Shown: positions 53,685-64,000 of the stretch, in pieces
Numbering within the stretch: position 1 is the first letter of the stretch
How the letters are laid out: every line of letters begins with the position of its first letter
Assembly (NCBI GenBank): GCA_964016885.1
Contig: OZ024745.1
Span: forward strand, 25,234,001-25,298,000
From: Eledone cirrhosa
Lineage: Eukaryota
Direction: 5' to 3'
Length of the DNA stretch: 64,000 bases
Translations under genes and position numbers: made by a program
Notes under the pieces: generated by a model
Told to the model about the DNA's origin: nothing
What the model saw: only the letters and a program-made list of their open reading frames with translations
Databases searched by the model: none

Positions 53685-54275
53685 GGACTGGTAAGAATAC
53701 TTGTTGACAATGTTATGACATCTGTTGCGACAGCTGAGGAAGGTGATGATGGCAGTTATGATGTCCACAATAGATACATGTGATCTCATATGCCATTTTT
53801 AATTGTCATTTTTATTATTGTTATTTTATTATTATTCGCCATGCTTTGCAGCAAAGAGTTACGACCCTTTATGGTCTGAGTTCAAATCCCGCCGAGGTTA
53901 ACTTTGCCTTTCATCCTTACGGGGTCGATAAAATAAAGTACCAGTAATACACTGGGATAATTGGTGGCCTTGTGCCAAAAGTAGAAATAATAATAATAAT
54001 TATTATTATTATTGAAAACATCGCATCGATCAGTGTTTTGTCTAACTGAAGTCATTGACAGTAGAGCTGCATAAAGTTTAGTTTCACTTTGAAAAGTCAT
54101 TCTTTGGATGGAAAAAATGGAAAAAAATGGAAAAAAAAAAATAGACACAACTTTGAATTTTGTCTTCTTTTTTTTTAAATCGATGACAAACACAATGAAC
54201 ACGGTATATCTATTCATATGCCTATACATACACACATATCTATATATCCATCCATCTATCCAAATCTTTTGTCAT

Positions 54276-54338
<63 letters not shown>

Positions 54339-54559
54339 TTTTAAAAAAAAGGAAAAGAATGACTTCACTTGTGGTTCTAAACAATTTGATTTAATTTTAT
54401 AATATAATTTTTTTACAATTTAGTTTTGTAGTCTACAAAACTAAATTGTAAAGTCATTCTTTTTCTCTTTTCAAATATACCTAACTGTACCAAGGATTTC
54501 ACACATTTTCCAATATATATATGTATATATATATTCCTTTTTACTAATATATATATATA

Positions 54560-54790
54560 TATAACGAAGGAAGTGTGGTAAGGAACCAGATGGACCATAA
54601 CGCACCAGAGTACTCAATACTTAGGGTAGTAGAGTGGGTAGTAGGAAAAGTCCAGAAATAGCCGTCGAAACGGCTTGAACTCTGCCGTCGGGGTCATACT
54701 TGTTCCTATTACCAACTCTACTACTCTAAGTATTGAGTACTTTGGTGCGTTATGGTCTATCTGGTTCCTTACCACATTTCCTTCGTTATA
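54560..54790. mobile_element. Fold-back element with ~87-bp inverted arms inserted in (TA)n
   Basis: Arms 54560-54646 and 54702-54790 are near reverse complements. Rearranged relatives at 55692-55910 and 57915-58055. Confidence 0.8.
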
Positions 54791-54864
54791 CAGACAGCTT
54801 CCAAAAATAATGGTCGCATCTAATAGGGTACGTCAAAATTATTTATAAAACTGTTTATATATTG

Positions 54865-54929
54865 TATTTTGTCTGATGAAGGCATACCATATTTTAATTT
54901 GGTATCCCTGAAATATATATAATGAAATA
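54865..54929 (+). ncRNA. Type I hammerhead ribozyme
   Basis: tattttgt-CTGATGA-aggcatacca(tattttaatt)tggtatccct-GAAA-tatata-TA-atgaaata; overlapping AATAAA. Confidence 0.72.
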
Positions 54930-55375
54930 AATATGGTTTTATAAATATAGTTTCCATTTATTTAATATCGTATATATATATATATTAGTAAAAAGGAATA
55001 TATATATACATATATATATTGGAAAATGTGTGAAATTCTTGGTACAGTTAGGTATATTTTTGAAAAGAGAAAAAGAATGACTTTACAATTTAGTTTTGTA
55101 GACTACAAAACTAAATTGTAAAATTATATTATAAAATTTTTGTGAAAATCAGTCATATGGAACTATTGTCATCTTGCCTGACGATTTGAACTTTACAACA
55201 CCACCTGCCTCTTTGAGGTCAAATACCAACTCTACTAGCATCTACAAACTGACCAATGAGAATTAAGACTATTCCTGCTGACAACATTAAATTATTCCTA
55301 ACAACCTCATATGTCCCAAGGCTCTGATACCATCAACACTATAAACACAGAGCTGGCATATCTAAGAACTGATTA

Positions 55376-55430
55376 ACTGCCTGATGAGGTCATAGCCATC
55401 AATGGCTATCATCGAAATATATATAGCAGT
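55376..55430 (+). ncRNA. Type I hammerhead ribozyme in a Penelope-like terminal repeat (about 55140-55478)
   Basis: actgc-CTGATGA-ggtcatagcca(tcaa)tggctatcatc-GAAA-tatata-TA-gcagt, then AATAAA. All three stems are supported. Confidence 0.82.
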
Positions 55431-55525
55431 AAATAAAGGATTATGAGTTCATGCAATTGACTTATGTTTCGTCACTATATATATATATATATATATATAT
55501 GTATACATACATACATATATATATA

Positions 55526-55618
55526 CAGGGTGTCCCCCCAAAATGTATACATACTTTGATTATCTGTACAGGCAATATTTATTAGAGTGCTGTAGAAGTG
55601 TGTATACATTTTGGGGGA

Positions 55619-55624
<6 letters not shown>
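55526..55624. mobile_element. Tc1/mariner-type MITE
   Basis: TA-CAGGGTGTCCCCCCAAAATGTATACA ... TGTATACATTTTGGGGGACA TIRs. Confidence 0.75.
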
Positions 55625-55695
<71 letters not shown>

Positions 55696-56261
55696 AACGA
55701 GTAGGACCCCGACGGCTGAGCTCAAGCCATTTCGACGGCTAATTCTGGACTAAAACTTTTTAGTCCAGAATTAGCCGTCGAAACGGCTTGAGCTCAGCCG
55801 TCAGGGTCCTACTCGTTCCTATTACCCACTCTACTACCCTAAGTATTGAGTACTTTGGTGCGTTTTGGTCCACCTGGTTCCTTACCACATTTCCTTCGTT
55901 ATATATATATACGGAACAACTTTTCTTGCAAAAGTGTTACATTGAAAACACCACTGTGCTCCTGTGTGATCAGTTTTATTAAATATTTTTCGTATTTCCA
56001 TGTATGTTCTTTATTCCTAGTTTGGAACAGAGGCCTCAGTAAATCCATGCATCTTTACATTTCGAATCCTTCCTGGCTACAACTTCAGACACAGAGTAGC
56101 CTTACTAGTAGTGTATTGGTCACATGCTTAGCATGATTGAAGTGCAATTTATATTGGTTATTTACCAATGTGGTATGTCGATGATATATTTGTGACTGAC
56201 AATGATGAACAGGGCAATCGTCTTAGAGAATGATATCGGGAATAATTTCATCATAATCACC

Positions 56262-56832
56262 GTTTAACGTCCATTATTTTCACGCTAACATGGGTTACAC
56301 GCATTGCCCGATTTGAAGCAAAATGTTTCTGGCTTGGTTTTTTTCGGCTGGATGCCCTTCCTATCGCTAACCACATTTTCAGCGTAGACTTGGTGTTTTT
56401 TGTTATGGCACCAACACGACCTCTTTACTGTGTAACTAGGCGCTTTTTGTTGTGACATCAACCTCTTTACAGTGTGGACTAGGCGCTTTTTGTCGTGAAA
56501 TCAACACGACCACTTTACAGCGTGGACTGGGCGCTTTTTGTCGTGATATCAACACTACCACTTTACAGCGTGGAGTAGGCACATTTTGTCGTGAAATCAA
56601 CACGGCCACTTTACAGTGTGGACTGGGCGCTTTTTGTCGTGATATCAACACTACCACTTTACAGCGTGGAGTGGGCACTTTTTGTCGTGAAATCAACACG
56701 GCCACTTTACAGTGTGGACTGGGCGCTTTTTGTCATGGCACCAAAACGACCTCTTTTCAGTGTGGGCTGGGCGCTTTTTGTTGTGGCACCAGCACGACTA
56801 CTTTACAATGTGGACTGGGCGCATTTTGTCGT
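56262..56832 (-). repeat. RTE-type 3' tail carrying about 9 tandem 48-bp subunits
   Basis: 16-codon periodicity (QCGLGAFCREINTTTL), adjacent to GGCTGGATGCCCTTCC and cgtttaacgtcc. Confidence 0.85.
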
Positions 56833-56834
56833 GT

Positions 56835-57620
56835 CCAATTTCATCGTGACATTTACAATACATCACAGCACGAACAGAAACTCAATCGAGAATAGCAACA
56901 CATTCTTAGACATAAACGTAAGAACTGGGAGTAACAAACATAGCATTTCTGTTTAAACAAAACACACAAAAACCTATACATACATGCAGATACTGAGTGC
57001 CCTCACAGCCTTTAGTCAAAACACTCATTAGACTATCTGTTAAATTTTCATCCATTAAGGACGATTTAAAGACGGAAATCCTCGCATGTAAAACAAACAT
57101 TAGTTAACAACTAGTATCACAACACATTAATAGACTATGCCATAGAAATATATAAGTACTGCTTCTATTGTATCAGTTACAACAGAAGCAACACCAAGAA
57201 AAAATACACAAGCCAAACATTTAGTATACTTCAAGAATCAAACGTACCTTGGTTATACAATGGCTGAAGACTTCATGAAAAAATCTCATAAAACAAAACA
57301 TAATATGCATCAATCCTAACCACACGCTCATAGAATATGCCACAAAAATACCAAACTAAAAGACCTCTTCATTAAGATGCAACCACATACTGGTAAACCG
57401 CAGAACATACTGTAAATGATCTATGTTATATATAAATTGCAATGCAAACATGTATGTTGTGAACTTAACGACCAACATTTTTACATCGCTCATAAGCACT
57501 ACATTTTCCATCCGGTTAAACATGTGCTTATAAAAAGGAGCCACCGCAACACATTTCCATACAGTACATGCTAAACATAATTAGATTAGTTAATAACATT
57601 ACAATTCAATGTAGAATTCC
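56835..57620 (+). pseudogene. Decayed Penelope-like element (RT thumb and GIY-YIG endonuclease remnants)
   Basis: Fragments FTIHHS...TFLDINV...ISV*TK, YIHADTECPHSL and VIYKLQCK resemble PLE RT/EN motifs; many disruptions. Confidence 0.6.
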
Positions 57621-57857
57621 TTACAAAATAAGGCGAACAACTACGGAGACTCTACTAATATGAGAATCATCATTATGTTCCCGTAACTGGCGCAGCAAGT
57701 CGTTGGGGTACCACTATTGATGTTGTTGTGCAGTCAGTCGTCGCCAATGGTCTCTAATCTACGTCATGTGTAGAGGAGTCTCAATCTTGTGATCAGTCCA
57801 GACCTGTTCCGTCTTTTCACCATACTTGCATGGGTTAGATGGATCGTAACGTTGGGA

Positions 57858-57919
<62 letters not shown>

Positions 57920-58049
57920 CAGAGGGTGTGGTGAGATACCGCGTGGACCATAACGCACCGGAGTACTCAATACTTAGGGTAGTAGAGTGGGTAATAGGAA
58001 AAGAATCAGGACTCGACGGCTGAGCTCCGGCCGTCGGGGTCATGACTCT

Positions 58050-58098
<49 letters not shown>

Positions 58099-58112
58099 GG
58101 ACATAATTTATA

Positions 58113-58153
<41 letters not shown>

Positions 58154-58532
58154 TGTGTGTAGATATATATATACTTATGCAAGAATATACACTAAAAATT
58201 AACACACATATAGTCCGCGTGAAATCAATTATAATAACCATCACGATTCAGCCATTGAGAAATTTTAAACAGAAAACCTTCCACTCTCCACGATCTCCCA
58301 CCACTCTCAGGATACTTTATGACCACTGTTAAGCACGTGACCAATACGCCACTAGTAGGACTTTTCTGATTCTGAAGATGGAACCGAGGTGTCGAAACGT
58401 TAAGACATATATGGATTTAAGAACAATAGTGTTCAAAACTACGAAAAATCTTTAAAAAAAATGATCAAATTGGAGCACGGTCACGTTCTCCCCCCCCCCT
58501 CTCTCTCTCTCTCTCTTGTTGTGGTCGTTTGT

Positions 58533-58578
58533 GTTGGGACGACATGTTTCAAATGTTTCCATTACTTCTTAAGTCAAC
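58533..58578 (-). ncRNA. Degenerate hammerhead fold (U3-A8 variant plus G5A, probably inactive)
   Basis: Minus strand: gttgac-TTAAGAA-gtaatg(gaaa)cattt-GAAA-catg-TC-gtcccaac. Confidence 0.45.
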
Positions 58579-58580
58579 CG

Positions 58581-58628
<48 letters not shown>

Positions 58629-58721
58629 TTTGTGTATATATTTGTTATATTATTTAATTAATAAATGTATCAAAGAACTTTTGGTATATGTGTTTCTTTT
58701 CTTCTTTGTTGTCTTAATTAG

Positions 58722-58766
<45 letters not shown>

Positions 58767-59127
58767 CATATGTGTGTGTGAGAGAGAGAGAGAGGGGGAG
58801 AATAGTGTAAAAACGACGGATCAGGACAAGGAAGCAAACAATTATTAAAGCACGTGAGTTTAAAACAAGGTAAAAAAAAAATGAAAAAAAAAGGAAGATA
58901 TGTGGTTGACAAAACAGATGCTGACAAGCCTGAACAATGTTTGTACAAGTCAGCCATGGTTGAGCAAAGCTCTGATTGAAGACGTTTCAATTTTGATATA
59001 TCCCGCCATGTATCAAGGAAAATATTATCAATGTATATTTTTTAACACGATAGGGTATGATCTGTGGGAAAGTAATTGATAATAATTATAATCATTAGTA
59101 ATTTTACCAACCCTCTTCTTTGCCCAC

Positions 59128-59745
59128 TTATTCTTGTGAGGGTCGTGGAGGCAGAGTTCTCAAATACTCCTTCCAGCGGGAACTGTCAGGAGCAACTGTG
59201 TCCCACTGGATCCCCAAGTGAGACCAGCTGAACTCATGGATGTTATCCAACCATCTTGTTCGGGGTATACCCCTGGATCTCCTGGCGGTTGGTTTTACCC
59301 GTAAAATTTGTCCAGCGATTCTTTCCTGAGACATTCTAACCACATGCTCATAGTATTGGAGGTGTGGTCTCTCAATTCGGAAAAGTAGTGGCTCTACCTG
59401 GAGTGACTCTCTGATCTCCGAGCTACGTACTCTATTGTGTAACGTTACTCCAAAAACCCTTCGGCGGAACGCCATTTCGGCCACTTGTATTCGCGATTGT
59501 ATTCTTTCGGTCGTTACCCAAGATTCATGACCAGAGCTAAGGGTTGGCACGAATACCGAATTGAAGATAGCGAGTTTGGCTTTTATACCACCACCCCCTT
59601 CTTCTGATTACCGAATGGTGAAGCTGGCGTATTACTGCACCAGCTCCTGAAATTCTTGTACTTAATTCAGCCTCCTTCCATCACAGGTGAACACGGTCCC
59701 GAGATACTTGAACTTCTCCAACTGCTTCAGTGGAACTCCATTTAT
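59128..59745 (-). pseudogene. Rex3/Expander-like RTE LINE C-terminal remnant
   Basis: LKQLEKFKYLG, PTLSSGHESWVTTER..SRIQVAEMAF, RVRSSEIRESLQVEP and RGIPRTRW. A related fragment lies at 26400-26508 (+). Confidence 0.85.
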
Positions 59746-60941
59746 CTTCCCACATCCTTTGTCATGTGTCTCTATTGATTAGTCATTAGTGATGTCAATG
59801 ATGAGAAGTAGCTTCATATGGGAATGGAAATTATGGGGCCACCACCACAAGCTTTGACCCCCCCCCCCCGCGTCGCAACTGCCATTATTACCACCTCACC
59901 ACTGTCGCTGCTACCACCATCACCACTACCAACAAAATCACTCCCACCACCACCACCACCAAAACCGCTATCACCACCATCCCTATCACCCCTCACCACT
60001 ACCATTGCTGCTTCCACTACCACCACCACCACCATACCTGTTTCTTGATTTAGTTCTTCCATTCACATGTAGAATGCACTGCGCAGGCTTCCTTGTGAGG
60101 ACGAGTGTCTGAGTTTTCGTAGCACTAACAGGAAAATGAATGAATATAGACAGTAATCCCATCTCATCGGTTGACCGCTAGAGATACGTTGTTTCGGTAA
60201 TTTAGGGCCAATACAACTGGCTCTAATGCACAAGGGCACAAGGGACAGTTACAAATAGATAAAAGACAGGACGATAGTCTTAACGACTATTTACAAATAA
60301 TAGCGGACTTTCCACTAAGCCAATGATCTGCTACTGAAATAATATCGACAAGGCCAACCATATCGATTAGCCAAGAAGAAGGAAAAGAGATAGAGAATAT
60401 GCAAATGTTAATAAAATTATTGTCGGTTTGTTTGGACGTTACGTCCTAAAAAGACAGATACAACTAGCAGAGAGGAAGAGAGAGAGAGAATGAGAGTGAG
60501 AGAGGAAGTGAGAGAGAGAGAGAGAGAGAGAGTAAGTGAAGAAAGATAGACAAACATGGAGGTGTAAGATAAAATATATCAATATGAAAAAAGAGCCCCA
60601 CGTTGCTAAAAACATACGAATGAATAAAAAATATGGATGAAGACAGGAAAATAAACGAATACAGACAGTACTCCATTGCTATCAGTTGACCACCAGAGAC
60701 ACGTTGTTTTTATACTGTATGGCCAATACAACTGGCTCAAGGGCACAAGGGACAGTTACAAATGGGCAAAGGACAAAACGATAGTCTTAACGATTACTTA
60801 GACCCCGTAAGGATGAAAGGCAAAGTTAACCTCGGCAGGATTTGAATTCAGATCATAAAGGGCCGTAACTCTATGCTGTAAAGCATGGCGTCCGACCCTC
60901 TACCGATATTGCCAATCCACCCATACCCACACGAAGTCGTT

Positions 60942-61168
60942 CATCATATTGATTAGCGTATGTGTGCATCATATTGATTAGCGTATGTGTGCATCATATT
61001 GATTAGCGTATGTGTGCATCATATTGATTAGCGTATGTGTGCATCATATTGATTAGCGTATGTGTGCATCATATTGATTAGCGTATGTGTGCATCATATT
61101 GATTAGCGTATGTGTGCATCATATTGATTAGCGTATGTGTGCATCATATTGATTAGCGTATGTGTGCA
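60942..61168. repeat. Perfect 25-bp minisatellite, 9 copies (catcatattgattagcgtatgtgtg)
   Basis: Period 25 (60942 to 60967), between divergent family-A SINEs at 60801-60921 (-) and 61275-61527 (+). Confidence 0.95.
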
Positions 61169-61751
61169 CTCTAAGTAATGAATTTATATTTCAGTAATAC
61201 AAACCTAATTATATCATTGAGTAAGGAAGCAGCCGAAGTTGTACCGATTCTCTCCGACTAGCTTCGTATACCTGGTGGATTGGCAATATCGGTAGAGTGT
61301 CGGACGTCATGCTTTGCAGCTTAGAGTTACGGCCCTTTGTGATCTGAGTTCAAATCCCGCCGTTAACAAAGTTAACGGCGGGATTTGAACGGGATTTGAA
61401 AAGTTAACTTTACCTTTCATCCTTACGGGGTCGATAAAATAAAGTACCAGTCACGCACTGAAGTCGATTTAATCGACTTTCCCCGCCCCCAAAATTGCTG
61501 GCCTTGTGCCTATATAAGAAACCATTATATATATCGAGGTGCGTAGCTGAATGGTTAGAAAATTTGCAATCGTAAGGTTGTGAGTTCGATTCTTGGACCG
61601 GGCGATGCGTTATGTCCTGCTTGCATTTGCGGTCGGTAGATAGTATTAGCAATTGGAGACACCAATGGAATCATTGTTTCCTCGGTCCGATTTGACGAGC
61701 TCCACACCACTCTTTAAGCGAATGAGGTCTGGGATCTTGTCGATCGACTGT

Positions 61752-61859
<108 letters not shown>

Positions 61860-62197
61860 ATGGCCCGGTTTCCAATAGGTCATTATATATAATATATAAA
61901 AAAAAAGATACATTAGTAAAAGCATTTAATATATTTTCTGTCGGGTTTCCATGAGGTTTTCATTAAAAAAATTGTCCAGTTCAAACTTTAAATAACAAAA
62001 ATAAACTAAATGATATTGTTTATTTGTTTTTTTCCCTTTTTTCTTTTTTTTTTCTTGCTCTACTGAATTGGAAAATTTTCATTACACAAAACTGATATTC
62101 TAAGCAGGCTCTAGTATTATATATAAACACTACGTGCTTTGAAGAAGAAAAAAAAAAACATTTTATATGTGTGTGTGTATATTCATGTATGTAATCA

Positions 62198-62243
<46 letters not shown>

Positions 62244-62309
62244 GAAGAGAGAAGAAACATTTAGATATAATTAGTAATAAAATGTATCATACCTAAACTG
62301 TTCCTAAAT

Positions 62310-62397
62310 TCCTCGACTACGTAGTTTCGTGGCATAAACAAAAACAATATATCAAAGATATAGAGTCCTTGCGAGGTCTGCCGACTTATCAAGAGGA
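62310..62397 (-). ncRNA. Type I hammerhead ribozyme, U3-A8 core variant, unit 1
   Basis: Minus strand: tcctc-TTGATAA-gtcggca-[44 nt]-tgccac-GAAA-ctacgtag-TC-gagga. Predicted cleavage after GUC, between 62315 and 62314. Confidence 0.8.
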
Positions 62398-62900
62398 TAC
62401 CTCATTTTACTAGTCTCAAGAACGCGTCTACACGACGTGAGAAAGAATCCCAAAAGGCGGAGGGGGAGATAGTCACGCGACATAACGGTCGAGAAACAGA
62501 GCTAAGCCTCTTATAACCACGAAGAAAATACCACGGAGGCGGAGGGGGTATTCATATCGAGGCCGTAGAAGAGGTAGTGAAGAAGGCGAGAAGTATGAGT
62601 AATGGAAGCTTTCCAGTTGTCCCCACACTTCAAAGATTGCTCGACCAGAGGGAGTTATTAATATATTAAGAAACACATAGATACATGCGGACACACACAT
62701 ATATACATGAATGCATCCGCACCCAACTGTGAGTTAAGGGTGCCAACTTCACCGATGTTGCTCAATGAATGACTGGGACAGACCAATTCAGTTTAAACCA
62801 GACTGAACCAGTATCAGAGTTAAAAATACATTATGAAGAGAGAAGAAACATTTAGATATAATTAGTAATAAAATGTATCATACCTAAACTGTTCCTAAAT

Positions 62901-62988
62901 TCCTCGACTACGTAGTTTCGTGGCATAAACAAAAACAATATATCAAAGATATAGAGTCCTTGCGAGGTCTGCCGACTTATCAAGAGGA
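62901..62988 (-). ncRNA. Type I hammerhead ribozyme, U3-A8 core variant, unit 2
   Basis: Identical to unit 1, offset +591. Confidence 0.8.
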
Positions 62989-63491
62989 TACCTCATTTTA
63001 CTAGTCTCAAGAACGCGTCTACACGACGTGAGAAAGAATCCCAAAAGGCGGAGGGGGAGATAGTCACGCGACATAACGGTCGAGAAACAGAGCTAAGCCT
63101 CTTATAACCACGAAGAAAATACCACGGAGGCGGAGGGGGTATTCATATCGAGGCCGTAGAAGAGGTAGTGAAGAAGGCGAGAAGTATGAGTAATGGAAGC
63201 TTTCCAGTTGTCCCCACACTTCAAAGATTGCTCGACCAGAGGGAGTTATTAATATATTAAGAAACACACAGATACATACGGACACACACATATATACATG
63301 AATGCATCCGCACCCAACTGTGAGTTAAGGGTGCCAACTTCACCGATGTTGCTCAATGAATGACTGGGACAGACCAATTCAGTTTAAACCAGACTGAACC
63401 AGTATCAGAGTTAAAAATACATTATGAAGAGAGAAGAAACATTTAGATATAATTAGTAATAAAATGTATCATACCTAAACTGTTCCTAAAT

Positions 63492-63579
63492 TCCTCGACT
63501 ACGTAGTTTCGTGGCATAAACAAAAACAATATATCAAAGATATAGAGTCCTTGCGAGGTCTGCCGACTTATCAAGAGGA
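63492..63579 (-). ncRNA. Type I hammerhead ribozyme, U3-A8 core variant, unit 3
   Basis: Identical to unit 1, offset +1182. Confidence 0.8.
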
Positions 63580-64000
63580 TACCTCATTTTACTAGTCTCA
63601 AGAACGCGTCTACACGACGTGAGAAAGAATCCCAAAAGGCGGAGGGGGAGATAGTCACGCGACATAACGGTCGAGAAACAGAGCTAAGCCTCTTATAACC
63701 ACGAAGAAAATACCACGGAGGCGGAGGGGGTATTCATATCGAGGCCGTAGAAGAGGTAGTGAAGAAGGCGAGAAGTATGAGTAATGGAAGCTTTCCAGTT
63801 GTCCCCACACTTCAAAGATTGCTCGACCAGAGGGAGTTATTAATATATTAAGAAACACACAGATACATGCGGACACACACATATATACATGAATGCATCC
63901 GCACCCAACTGTGAGTTAAGGGTGCCAACTTCACCGATGTTGCTCAATGAATGACTGGGACAGACCAATTCAGTTTAAACCAGACTGAACCAGTATCAGA

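Larger units (their letters stand above)
62239..64000 (-). mobile_element. 591-bp tandem repeat (at least 3 units, continues past the window) carrying a hammerhead: candidate retrozyme or tandem Penelope-like terminal repeat
   Basis: Units start at 62239, 62830 and 63421. Only 1-2 differences seen between units. The left end abuts (TA)n. Confidence 0.8.

Noticed and set aside
58365-58405. CTGAAGA...GAAACGTT hammerhead candidate
   Set aside because: The core is present but stems I and II pair poorly; at best a decayed relic.
62473-62700. 75-aa ORF repeated in each 591-bp unit
   Set aside because: GTG start inside a (TG)-rich tract and no recognisable domain; it is conserved only because the units are near identical.

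Overview
Eukaryotic, AT-rich and repeat-dominated DNA. The SINE/RTE/microsatellite make-up resembles an octopus (cephalopod) genome; this is an inference. The only host coding sequence I can support is a short exon missed by the ORF track (10270-10348, +). It encodes GNGKLASWCAIFGFCVMMSLDVGLV*, the C-terminus of zinc transporter ZIP11/SLC39A11, and a splice donor follows 12 nt after the stop. The rest is mobile and repetitive DNA: a young 5'-truncated RTE LINE with a PHD finger inside its RT, a decayed Tx1-like LINE, mariner and Penelope-like remnants, two tRNA-derived SINE families, MITEs, a 58 x 73-bp satellite and many micro/minisatellites. Most long ORFs in the track are simple-repeat artefacts. 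The most interesting signal is a set of about a dozen hammerhead-ribozyme (HHR) folds read by eye. Chief among them is a >99%-identical 591-bp tandem repeat (62239-64000+). Each unit carries on the minus strand a type I HHR with the compensatory U3-A8 core (UUGAUAA), a GUC cleavage site, a loop-less palindromic stem III and an enlarged stem II loop. This is a candidate retrozyme / circular-RNA-generating element. Two unrelated HHR-like folds elsewhere in the window show the same U3-A8 swap. None of the ribozyme activity is tested.
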